Origin: Trichosphaerium sp. ATCC 40318
Lineage: Eukaryota > Protista > Tubulinea
Direction: 5' to 3'
Assembly: GCA_038496445.1 (NCBI GenBank)
Contig: JALMLS010000520.1
Span: forward strand, 124,001-188,000
DNA length: 64,000 nucleotides
The position numbers and the translations under genes were made by a program. The first letter of the stretch is position 1; each line of letters opens with the position of its first letter. This document shows positions 26,001 through 39,100 of this stretch, one piece after another. The notes below the pieces were generated by a model that saw only the letters and a list, made by a program, of their open reading frames with translations, searched no databases and was not told where the DNA came from.

Positions 26001-29000
26001 CACGTACCTACTCCAACACCTCCAGCACTTATTCCGGAAACTGTGGAAATAGTGACCAAGCTGACAGTAGCAGCAAGAGCTGTTTTATGAGAATCGACCC
26101 ATGCTGCGTTTGATGCTTTCAACCCATCTCTTATCAAATGAAGTGTTGTGTTCAGAGTTTTGAGTGAGCTTAAAAGTTCAGCATCTGTGATAAGTATTAG
26201 TATTAATATACGAGTATCTTGAATAATGTGGTGTTTGTCATACTCGAGTTGAACCCAGAAACAGCCCTGTTTGTCAAGTTCCGCTTGTATTCAATAATTT
26301 TTCTCCAGTTGGCTGATAGGCAAGTTAGCAAACAAAATAAGAATCAACATGTTTGTACCTAAGCCTCGCTCTAATCTACTGATTGTTCCATTTGCACCCT
26401 TGTATTTTATTATATTCAGAAAGATCCTTTTGTAGTACGTACAGGTAATGCAATATCTTGTTTTGCGAGCTGTACTGCAGTTACTAAATCTGGTATTTGT
26501 TTATTGAGAATATGATTCTCTGTGTATGCATAGATTGAATCTATGTACAAACTTAACAACAATATTGAAAACCCAGAATTGTACCTTGAACAAAGCCACC
26601 CGGTTTAAATGCAATACTTCTTTGCTCTTTCAATGAACAGTTTGATGACTCGAAAGTCAGTTCCTTGGTTACTGAGTAGATGATCGTCATTGCAGCTAAA
26701 CAACTGTTAATAACTGTATAATACCACAACTATGACACTTGCCTCCAATAATGACATCACTGTCTGAACCAGCGATCCATGGATCAGTTGAAGTTGATAT
26801 TGTTTGACTTGCAGATATATCCATTGTGTAAGAGTTTTGTGTTGCATAGCCAACATTTGCGGATTGCTCTGTAGCAACACCTGAAACAAATCAGTACGTA
26901 CTTACCTTACGTTGGTTATTGATTGGTAGTGTACCTATAAATGTGGCAAACTTAAAAGCTGTTTCAATCCCAATTCCAGCGGAAAACTCAGTGTCAAGAC
27001 CAAGAAGACCAGTTGAAGATGCAAAAGCACCACTTGAGGTTTTCAAAGACATACCAACATCATAACTAATGGATGAAGAAGTTTCTAAAGAAGCGTATGA
27101 TTCACCACCTGGTGGATCTCTAAGAATGTACAGAGGAAGTGGCGATGTCTCAGAAACAAAGCTACAAAGGAATTAGACTCAAGAAAGTGACTTGGTTATA
27201 CTACGTGCTTTTGATCCAAAGCCTCTTCACCTGTAACAATCATTTCAAAAAGAAAAGTTTCAATAGGCAACAAGTCACCATTCGAAGCTTGTAGTTTGAG
27301 ATTGAACTCAATGGCTTTTAAATGGCTTCCTGAAAAGTTTGGTGCAACAGGTGTAAACCAATACGTCAATGTAGTGCTTCTTGATGCATCACGATAGAAA
27401 GTACGTGTCTGAGTGATCTTTGGTTGCTTGTTGATACCAACAGATACTCTATCATTGATATGAACAACAGAATCACTTGGACAAGGTCCAGTCGCCCAAG
27501 CGTTTTGTTTGCAAGGATAAGTCTCAGAAACACCGAGATCAAGCATGTACAACTCTGCCATTGCTCCAATGAACGGTTTACTCTGAATAGGCCAAGCTTA
27601 ATGCGCAAAGGTTAGGTACTAACAACAACATACAAGTGACGTACAGACAGAAATGATATTACCGAGTGTATCTCTTACATCGCAAGTCGGTTGTTTCAAG
27701 TTTGTTGAAAGTAAAGTGAGTTCGATGTTCTTGTTAACAAATCGGTATTTGATTTCTTTTGTCTAAAAACAAATGGTTTAGTAAAGACACTTTTGTTTGT
27801 GTCTTACTTTGTCAAGAGTCATATTAAAGTTTAAGACACCCTGTGTTTGCATGGAGTCATGTACAAGAGTTGCCCATGTCGCTTTATCAGGACCATCAAT
27901 CCAATCTGCTGACCAAGTATTAAAGTCATTTTCAAGCTCCATTATCAGTGGAACGGATGGTAAGTTAACCTACAATGAAAAAACCGTTAAACTGATTCAA
28001 CAAAAACGGAAAATGATTGATCTTTTGTAAAGAAAAGGACGATTATGTGAATAAAGTTAAGCGTACCATTGTTGGAACTGCGCCAATTGTAATCTGATGT
28101 TGTACAGATGCAGGACAAGAAGCGTATTTAATCTTGAGTTTAATCTTGCCAATGTCATTACAAGAACAAGCATCATATGATCCAGCAACAAATGAAGTAC
28201 TTGTTTCTGTTGTTGTTGTATCTTCAAAGTCACTAGCAAATGTGTAAATACGATGATGCAACTTTAATTTCTCATACGCTGTAATATCATTCAACACAGA
28301 TAATGTCCTTGTTGGTGGAGAGAAAGTATGATTTGCCAATTTCACAGTGACATCATGAACACCAGCAGATACTTACAATAAACGTGAGCAACACAAACAT
28401 TCATTTACTGAATAAGACATACCTGCGACAACATAAGATCCTTGAGCATCTGTTGAACCAAGTAACGATCCATCAACATAAACGATAGCATGTTCAACAC
28501 CACACGATGTTCCAGGTATTGTTACCTTGGTTTAGTTTATCAGCACACATGTTACAACAAAGAGTTTAAGCGTACTCTACCACTTATCGCAATTGCCGAA
28601 ACATCAATGAAAGAAAGATCTGTTTGTTGTAAAAATGTTGTTTGTTTTATCACAGGTGAAGTTTCAGCCTGAACTGTAAAGTTATGATCTAGAACAAAAT
28701 TTGTTAACAAACTTTCTTTTAGTATCAAAAAGAGACTTACATTTTATTCCATCAAAGTACTCCGCTTCTAGTTTAACATCCAAAGTGTTTCCACCTTGGA
28801 TACCAGGATGATCACCAGGCACGACAAACTCAAGGGTGTAGAATCCATTTGCAATTGTTGCTACAGTAGAAATGAGAACGTATGTAATAATTTAACTCTA
28901 ACATACCAGTACTTGTTGTTGTAATGGAAGCACTTTGCAAAGCAAGTGTAGATGCTCTAATAGTAACACCTACAAGACCATGGTCACCTATAATATGAAG

Positions 29001-30612
29001 TTGGTTCTTACTTTTGTTCTTAAGATGTTAAATAATTTCATTTATATCTTATGACGTACTTGGAGTCTTTACTGTGCCCTTAAAACCAACAATATAGTCT
29101 ATGATGATACTATGGGTTGTTATTGAGTGCGAATTGATGACTTTCTGATACTCTATGCCATCCGTAATGGCAGCAGGAAGAAACGCTATAAAGAAAACAA
29201 ATAAGCTTCTCGTTTAAATATTATTATGCAGCGTACTCAGTTCAATTGACAAAGTATCACCAGCACTCATACGCGCTGACATTGGTTCTACATAAGCAGA
29301 GCCTTCTGAACCTGTTGCCAGAATGACCGTGTCACCAGCAACTGTACGAAGTTCTAAAAAAGTAACATCATTCAGCTTCGGTTTTAAAAGAATACACCTC
29401 GTTGGAATGATTTCTCATACCTGAGTTGATACGTGCCAAAGATCCATAGTTATTACACAATGACCGCCATGACATTTGTATTTGATTTCGTGAAAGTGTT
29501 ACAACAAAATTATCAAAGAGAGGTCGATTTCTTTCAAATCCCAAACAAATCTCATTTCCAGCTGGTGCGTTACACAAGTAAACACAGTCGCAAGTAATAT
29601 CACTTCCATCAAACCCAACTGATAATTGAGATAATCTAGACTCTGGACCAACACAAAAACGTGCTGTAGGAGCACCAGTAACAGTGGGGACAGTAAACCT
29701 TTTAATCAAAGTTAGATTTCAAGTGGTTTTTAACAATACAGCAGTACGTACTCTTCACATGTTTGTGTGAGAACTGTTTGATGAGTAAATGGTTCTGGAG
29801 TGTTGTAAGTAAATGTTGTAAATCTGTTCGGAGGATAGAGTCGCGGACAAGTGTATGCTATTTAAGACAAAGACAGTAAGTAAACGATTATCAACTTTTT
29901 CTTGTTCATTGCCTGTGCATGTATCTGGCGCATTATCACCTCCTGCAGTTCTACGATACCCTGGCAGACATGTTTCACAATCATAGAAAAATGATCCAAC
30001 CACTTGACCTGCACGAGAGGTTAGAAATTGAGAAAGGAAGAAAAAAAACAATTGTAAAGCGGTTTACGTGTACATACATAAACATCTTTCAGAAACGGGC
30101 TTAGAGGTATCTTCAAAACATGCAGCAGACTAAGAAAAAAACATGAGTAAAGAACGTGAAGTTACGCAAAGCTAAAAACCTCAGCGTACTCTCCCTGGCA
30201 TATCAGCTACGCGCGTAGCACATGCATTATTATCGAATGGCACGTAGCGCACCCAATATGAACTATAGCGACAATCTTTACAAGAATTCACCCTTGTATC
30301 GAATCAGGTACAATGACCCGGGTCACAAGAAATCAAAATTATTTTCAATGATCTTCGTTTACGCGTTCAATCCAAGCGTCAAAAACAAGTTCAGTAACGT
30401 ACAAGCAAAATCCAACATAGTTAGCGTTGAAAGGATAAGGAATAGGAGATTTTGGTATGAACGAGGGCCACCGGTTAGTGTCGGGGTAGTATCGATAGCC
30501 AAACACGCCAACAGCCAACATCAAAGCAATAAACGCTGAAAAACAATTTGTAAAGTGTATTCATGTTATATTCTTACGCACCTTTGAACATCCCTACGCG
30601 AAGCAAAGCCAT
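23020..30612 (-). CDS. Very large multi-exon type I membrane/surface protein, copy A
   Basis: Signal peptide MALLRVGMFKAFIALMLAVGVFG (ATG 30612). Cys-rich segment CETCLPGYRR, beta-sandwich/carboxypeptidase-regulatory-like repeats, LYILRDPPGGESYASLE and YHLGDPQFGDSFVVGVKYDPVYGTPVF. A single TM (VGLIIGAIIGVCTLIIIIIIAVVIVLLI-RRR) precedes a short tail. Confidence 0.8.
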
Positions 30613-31585
30613 GGTGGAAGTTTGGAACGCGAAAGAAGCGATCACAACTTAACTACTCAAACCTTTTTTTTTGTAGTTTTATTCCGAACGCTCCCTTTTT
30701 GCCATAGTGCTAAGTCAACAAACAAACAACTGTTTTCTCCAATTTGTATAGTTTAGTAATAAAAAAGAGAACATCAATCTTAACATAGAAATCTCTGCAC
30801 ATGTGCAATGACCATTGCAATTACCATTGCCTGAAAAACTTAAAACAGGCTACTCGTTTTTCTGTCTGTAGAAGAAACAATTCCGTTCAAATTTCTAGTA
30901 TTCAAAAAATTTTGTTGGGAAGGTCACCATGACACTGTTGTAAAAAATAAAAGCATTTGTGACGGTTCATAATCACACTATGCTGAAGCCACATATTGAT
31001 GCAACAGCCATGTATTGCAATAAAAACGGGAACACAATTCAGCCTGGTAAAGCTTATGTTGACTACAATGTTTAAATGAATACGTTCTATTGGATACAAT
31101 GCCATGGTACAAACGTAAATACAGAGTTAGTCTATTACACGGTATTTCCTGGAAGTTCCTGGAAATGGCCAAGATCATATCAAAATGTGTAAAACAGCAT
31201 TTGTACGTAATATGTATGTAGCATTGCATTAACTGCACAATTGTAGCACTAATTGTAGCTAAGCAGGAAATACAAACATGCAATATGTTTGACACCAAAA
31301 GCTGTCAACTAAAGGCTTTGCTAAAATAGTACTGTTTTCATTGAGTTGAGGTCAGCAATCTACCAATACTTCGAAAAACTGACAACTTTTCGGAGAAAAC
31401 AAACAGTACCAAAGTGAAAACAAGTAAAGCTCATAGCTGACAGAGGGGTTGTTCTATAACGTTTTCAGGCATGAACGTGTTTGACTTTGTTGTTTTGTTC
31501 CAGTAACAATTCTCACAACCAAGCTCGCCTCGGCTTCATTCAGATACCTCAAGTTTGACGAATATCAGATTTAATAATTAAAGCG

Positions 31586-32398
31586 ATGAAGAAACAACAG
31601 AAAAACGCAGTTCTGAGCCCAGCTCCAGAATTACCAAATGAAATCACCGCTGGGATACTCTCCAATACTTCAAGAAAAGTTTGTCAAATATGCAGGCGTG
31701 TTTCTAAGCTTTGGAAAGATATATTAGATACCAACGTAATCCCTAACAAGCCTGGTATCGTTTTTTACGTTGAGGGTATGAAAATAACAAGTACTGGTGG
31801 TACAAATGACAGGCCTCTTAACTTCGAATCCATTCTTGGCGTATACCGGTCGTACAAACCTGCTTTGCTTTCGGCAATAGAAGCAGTTGAAGAATACGTC
31901 GACATTGAAGAAGAAGAAAGTGATAGCAAAAAGAAAGAAGCGTCAGACGAGGAAGACGATGTGTATGTGTCCAAGGAGAGAAAGAAACTTTGTTTGTTAC
32001 ATAACAAACAGAAAGAGTGGGGATTGTGGTGCAGCGTTGAAATCAAAACCTGTGATGTTAAGCAATCTGTATTGGATGGAGAAAGTCATATCTTTTTGGT
32101 TTGCAGTTTAAAATATCAGAAAGATACGTATTGTGACAGATATTGTGAGCTATTGGGCGCTTACACGGATGAATTCAAAGCATATGATTGTGGTATTGAG
32201 TATATGAAACAGGAGCTAGAAGAGAGCGATTCAGACGATGACGATGATGACGAAAGTGAGTCGTGTGCAGAGCAAATGTTCAGGTACCTTAAAGAAAAGT
32301 ACGATAACGATATGTGTTGGAGCGATAGGGATTTTGATGATGTTCCAGAAAATGCACGTTGTTTGAGCATTAAAAAAATGAAGATTCGAGAAGAATGA
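31586..32398 (+). CDS. F-box protein with acidic tracts (intronless), in the spacer between the inverted paralogs
   Basis: 270-aa ORF with F-box PELPNEITAGILSN..CRRVSKLWKDIL and D/E-rich stretches. Confidence 0.8.
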   Translation: MKKQQKNAVLSPAPELPNEITAGILSNTSRKVCQICRRVSKLWKDILDTNVIPNKPGIVFYVEGMKITSTGGTNDRPLNFESILGVYRSYKPALLSAIEAVEEYVDIEEEESDSKKKEASDEEDDVYVSKERKKLCLLHNKQKEWGLWCSVEIKTCDVKQSVLDGESHIFLVCSLKYQKDTYCDRYCELLGAYTDEFKAYDCGIEYMKQELEESDSDDDDDDESESCAEQMFRYLKEKYDNDMCWSDRDFDDVPENARCLSIKKMKIREE

Positions 32399-33128
32399 TA
32401 GCATTAAACAATCAACGAAATGTTAAATAAAAAACAAACCATTTCTCGTCTAAGTTTTTAGTATCTCAGCTAAAAAACGTGATATCCCTTCGTGTGAAAC
32501 AAGGTTATGTTCAATGCGTTCTAGGTGTAACGTAGGTTCTACTTTCGAATACCGCTTAGTTTAACAATGTGAGGTGGCGGAAACTGTATTGTTCATCAGA
32601 TTGTTTGCAAAGGATAGAATCAGACTGGTTGTTTAACGTATGCTGATTGTACAACTCACACATTTTTATGGTTGTTTTTAATTTCTGGTTTAGCTGTTCA
32701 ACGATTGTTACGAGGAATCACGAGACTGGAACTTCACTTTTAGATTTTAACTCGGAGAAAACACGTTATTTTTACGTGATTATACCGGAGCTTGTTATAT
32801 TTCATCAGTGTCCAGGTACCACGTATAGGAATCCTACACAATGGTTTTAAGGTTAGTGAACACGAATAATATTTATCCTCGGATTGGCACGGACCACTTG
32901 TATATTCACGTTAAATCCCTAATATTCAACCACAAAAAACCAAACAACAACAAACTTACAGCGATTTCTGATATTTATTGAGTGGTTTGTGAATTAGAAA
33001 AATGGTTCGTTGAATTAACAAAAAGGGTTGTTTCAGTGCTATAGCGAGGCGTTTAGAATAGAAACTACCAAAAAATTATTAAGTCTGGTACTCGGACTTG
33101 ATTACTTTTCTTACACTATACTTACAGC

Positions 33129-36100
33129 ATGACACATGTATTAAAAGGTACAAAAAAAAGACTGAACTATATCCCGTATTTATTGTTTTTACTAGTTTAC
33201 ATCGTGCTGACATTGGCTGTTGCTGGCACGTTTGCCTATCTATACTACCCCGACATTGATCGGTGGCCCTCCATCATACCAAAATCTCCTATTGCTTACC
33301 CTTTCAACGCTAACTATCTTGATACATGCTTGTACGTCGCTTCATCGTTGTGAAAATCTTGTGATTGGAAACAGTATTTTCAAAGCACCGTGATGGTTTC
33401 ACTACATCCGCTGTTCCGCTGTTTTTCTGACTCGATTAAGGGTGGATAAGTGCAGAGCTTGTCGCTATGATAATTGGGTACGCTATATACCGTTCGATAA
33501 CAACCGATGCGCTACACGCCAATCTGTTATGCCAGGGAGAGTACGTTCTATTTTTCACGCATTTTCTCGAGCTTTACAGATTTTTTAGTCTGCTCATTGT
33601 ATTGAACATCCAAGTGTGCCAGTTTCTCAGAGATGTCAATGTATGTTATTGTCTTTTTTCGTTTTCTTCTGACTCCCGCACAGGTGCAGTGCTAGGATCG
33701 TTCTTTTATGACTGCGAAACATGTCTACCAGGGTATCGTAGAACTGCAGGAGGTGATAATGCGCCAGATACATGCACAGGTAACGAACAAGAAAAAGGTG
33801 ATAATCGTTTTACTTACTATCCTCGGTTTAAACAGTGTACACTTGTCCGCGACTCTATCCTCCAAACAGATTTACAACATTTACTTACAGCAATCCAGAA
33901 CCGTTCTTTTATTATACAATTCTCACACAAACATGTGAACAGTACGTACTGCTTTATTATTAAAAACCACTTGAAATCTAAGTATGATTAAAAGGTTTAC
34001 TGTCCCCACTGTTACTGGTGCTCCTACAGCACGTTTTTGTGTTGGTCCAGAGTCTAGATTATCTCAATTATCAGTTGGGTTCACTGGAAGTGACCTTGCT
34101 TGTAACTGTGTTTACTTGTGTAATGCACCAGCTGGAAATGAGATTTGTTTGGGCTTTGAAAGAAATCGACCTCTCTTTGATAATTTTGTTGTAACACTTT
34201 CACGAAATCAAATACAAATGTCATGGCGGTCATTGTGCAATAACTATGGATCTTTGGCACGTATCAACTCAGGTATGAGAAATCATTCCAACGAGCTGTA
34301 TTCTTTTAAAACCGAAGCTGAATGATTTTACTTTTTTAGAACTTCGTACAGTTGCTGGTGACACGGTCATTCTGGCAACAGGTTCAGAAGGATCTGCTTA
34401 TGTAGAACCAATGTCAGCGCGTATGAGTGCTGGTGATACTCTTACGGTTGAACTAAGTACGCTATTGTTTAGAAGGAAAATACTTATTGTGTGATAGCGT
34501 TTCTTCCTGCTGCCATTAAGGACGGCCTAGAATATCAGAAAGTAATTAATTCGCATTCAAAAACAACCCATAGTATTATTATAGACTATATAGTTGCTTT
34601 TAAGGGCACAGTAAAGACTCCAAGTACGTTATGCACAACCTACGTACCTCCTTCGAAAAAAGTAAGAACCAACTTCATATTATAGGTGATCATGGTCTTG
34701 TTGGTGTTACTATTAAAGCATCTACGTTAATTTCACAACATCCTTCTATTACAACAGCGAGTACTTGTACGTTGAAGAAGAGGTGGAACAGAATACAAAT
34801 TCTTACGGTTTTTTTGCTAGTAACAACTGCAAATGGATTGTACACCCTTGAGTTTGTCGTGCCTGGTGATCATCCTGGTATCCAAGGTGGAAACACTTTG
34901 GATGTTAAACTAGAAGCAGAGTACTTTGATGGAACAAAGTGTAAGTCTCTTTCGATACTAAGAAGGATGTTAGTTGACTTATTTCTAGATCATAACTTTA
35001 CAGTTCAGGCTGAAACTTCACCTGTGATAAAACAAACAACATTTTTACAACAAACAGATCTTTCTTTCATTGATGTTTCGGCAATTGCAATAAGTGGTAG
35101 AGTACGCTTAAACTCTTTGTTGTAATATATGTGCTGATAAACTGAACCAAGGTAACAATACCTGGAACATCGTGTGGTGTTGAACATGCTCTCGTTTATG
35201 TTGATGGAGCTTTACTTGGTACAACAGATGCTCAAGGATCTTATGTTGTCGCAGGTATGTCTTATTCAGTAAATGAATGTTTGTGTTGCTCACACGTTTA
35301 TTGTAAGTATCTGCTGGTGTTCATGATGTCACTGTGAAATTGGCAAATCATACATTCTCTCCACCAACAAGGACATTATCTGTGTTGAATGATATTACAG
35401 CGTATGAGAAATTAAAGTTGCGCCACCATATTTACACATTTACTAGTGACTTTGAAGATACAACAACAACAGAAACAAGTATTTCATTTGTTGCTGGATC
35501 ATATGATGCTTGTTCTTGTAATGACATTGGTAAGATTAAACTCAAGATTAAATACGCTTCTTGTCCTGCATCTGTACAACATCAGATTACAATTGGCGCA
35601 GTTCCAACAATGGTACGCTTAACTTTATTCACATAATCGTCCTTTTCTTTACAAAAGATCAATCATTTTCCGTTTTTGTTTGAATCAGTTTAACGGTTTT
35701 TTCATTGTAGGTTAACTTACCATCCGTTCCACTGATAATGGAGCTTGAAAATGACTTTAATACTTGGTCAGCAGATTGGATTGATGGTCCTGATAAAGCG
35801 ACATGGGCAACTCTTGTACATGACTCCATGCAAACACAGGGTGTCTTAAACTTTAATATGACTCTTGACAAAGTAATACACAAACAAAAGTGTCTTTACT
35901 AAACCATTTGTTTTTAGACAAAAGAAATCAAATACCGATTTGTTAACAAGAACATTGAACTCACTTTACTTTCAACAAACTTGAAACAACCGACTTGTGA
36001 TGTTAGGAATACACTTGGTAATATCATTTCTGTCTGTACGTCACTTGTATCTTGTTTGTTAGTACCTAACCTTTGCGTATTAAGCTTGGCCTCCTCAGAG

Positions 36101-39100
36101 TAAACCGTTCATTGGAGCAATGGCAGAGTTGTACATGCTTGATCTCGGTGTTTCTGAGACTTATCCTTGCAAACAAAACGCTTGGGCGACTGAACCTTGT
36201 CCAAGTGATTCTGTTGTTCATATCAATGATAGAGTATCTGTTGGTATCAACAAGCAACCAAAGATCACTCAGACACGTACTTTCTATCGTGATGCATCAA
36301 GAAGCACTACATTGACGTATTGGTTTACACCTGTTGCACCAAACTTTTCAGGAAGCCATTTAAAAGCCATTGAGTTCAATCTCAAACTACAAGCTTCGAA
36401 TGGTGACTTGTTGCCTATTGAAACTTTTCTTTTTGAAATGATTGTTACAGGTGAAGAGGCTTTAGATCAAAAGCACGTAGTATAAACAAGTCACTTTCTT
36501 GAGTCTAATTCCTTTGTAGCTTTGTTTCTGAGACATCGCCACTTCCTCTGTACATTCTTAGAGATCCACCAGGTGGTGAATCATACGCTTCTTTAGAAAC
36601 TTCTTCATCTATTAGTTATGATGTTGGTATGTCTTTGAAAACCTCAAGTGGTGCTTTTGCATCTTCAACTGGTCTTCTTGGTCTTGACACTGAGTTTTCC
36701 GCTGGAATTGGAATTGAGACAGCTTTTAAGTTTGCCACATTTATAGGTACACTATCAATCAATAAACAACGTAAGGTAGTGATACGTACTGATTTTGTTT
36801 CAGGTGTTGCTACAGAGCAATCCGCAAATGTTGGCTATGCAACACAAAACTCGTACACAATGGATATATCTGCAAGTCAAACAATATCAACTTCAACTGA
36901 TCCATGGATCGCCGGTTCAGACAGTGATGTCATTGTTGGAGGCAAGTATTGTGGTTGGGTTAATATACAGTTATTAACGGTTGTTTAGCTGCAATGACGA
37001 TCATCTACTCAGTAACCAAGGAACTGACTTTCGAGTCATCAAACTGTTCATTGAAAGAGCAAAGAAGTATTGCATTTAAACCGGGTGGCTTTGTTCAAGG
37101 TACAATTCTGGGTTTTCAATATTGTTGTTAAGTTTGTACATAGATTCAATCTATGCTTACACAGAGAATCATATTCTCAATAAACAAATACCAGATTTAG
37201 TGACTGCAGTACAACTCGCTAAACAAGATATTGCATTACCTGTACGTACTGAGAAAGAGTAAGTTCCTGAATTTAATTAAATACAAGGGTGTAAACGCAA
37301 CAATCAGTAGATTAGAGCGAGGCTTAGGTACAAACATGTTGATGTTTCTTTTACTTATTTGCCTATCAGCCAACTGGAGAAAAATTATTGAATACAAGCG
37401 GAACTTGACAAACAGGGCTGTTTCTGGGTTCAACTCGAGTATGCCAAACACCACATTATTCAAGATACTCGTATATTAATACTAATACTTATTACAGATG
37501 CTGAACTTTTAAGCTCACTTAAGACTCTGAACACAACACTTCATTTGATAAGAGATGGATTGAAAGCATCAAACGCAGCATGGGTTGATTCTCATAAAAC
37601 AGCTCTTGCTGCTACTGTCAGCTTGGTCACTATTTCCACAGTTTCTGGAATAAGTGCTGGAGGTGTTGGAGTAGGTACGTGATATTCGCTTCTAAACAAA
37701 AGCTGATGATACACCTTTTAGTGCCTGTTGCTGCAAGTTTGACTCAATTCTTTCAAAGACTAAATACAATCACTGACGTCATGAAGAATCCGAGTTTGAG
37801 TGGTACAACTGATCCTAAAGCATACATTGAAGGGTTGCTGAATACAATGATTGCTGAGTTTTCAGGTTTACAATCAGATCTCACCTCTTTCTTTGCTCAA
37901 ATTGTAAGTACTGAAACATCGCTCTTTAAAACTCTTCCTAATTATCGTTTCAAAGGCTACATTTTCAAAACCTTCAGTTGCATTCTCAGGTGGTGTGGGC
38001 GTTGACAGTGAAGCAGTATTTTCAAGGTACAAATTGCGAGATATTGATCTATTTTAATCTATCTCCTAGTACATCTTCTCAATCTTTTGAATTTGATATG
38101 GCTGTTGAAAACTCTGTTGGCTTATCAACAAAGTTTGAGACGAATTTCAATCAGGTAATGTCAAACACGTGATCAGAAAGTGGTAACTAACATTTCGCAG
38201 TTTGAGTCGCAAACGTTTTTTAAAGCGTCAATGGACTTTGGACGCTCTTCCAGTTCTACCAAGTCTAACGCTACAGCAATATCTTATCATCTTGGAGATC
38301 CACAGTTTGGAGATTCATTTGTTGTTGGTGTCAAATATGGTATGCTTCCTCCTAATATTCTTTCTTCTTTTCTCATAAATTATTACTTCTAGATCCGATT
38401 TATGGAACACCAGTATTTGATACCATATCAGGAGAGTCTTCTTGCCCGCACGAATTGAGTACATCAATTTTTTGTTTGGCTCGAATAATTTACATTTTGT
38501 TGTAGACACTGCAAGTATTTACAAACCAGTCATGAGGTTTGCACCAGGCCAAGCGCAATACCAGTATATTGACGATGACACTGTTGATACTGTAGCATTT
38601 TGGCGAATAGAATTGATCAATGATAGTCCAACAGCTGATAGTATGCATGCCTCAAACAGCTTTTGTATTACATTTTTTCTTACTGTTTTGTCTAATAGAA
38701 GTGACATACAGTATGACGTTCAATGGCTCCAGGGATCTTGGCGGCCTCAATATTGGTCAAACACAAGCTGGAAGTGTTGGTTGGCCGTTAGATTTTACAC
38801 TTGAGCCAGGAAAACCTGTGATCAATACAATCACTGCACAGCGATCGCTCCAAGAGATATACAAGTATCAATTTGAGTTGTGGTTCGCTGTAAAGTGTGA
38901 ACTTGAAGCTTGGCAGGGAGACTCTCTACCGAGGGAACCAATCATGTCCAAGCTCACATTCGATGTTGAATGGAAAAAGCCATGTGTTTCTATGGTTTGG
39001 AGAACACAAGATGAATTACTTGTTGATGCCAAGTCACCAAATGGTTACATTTAATCCTACTTTCCTGGTTACTAATGTTCTTGTAGTGGACTTGATTGTA

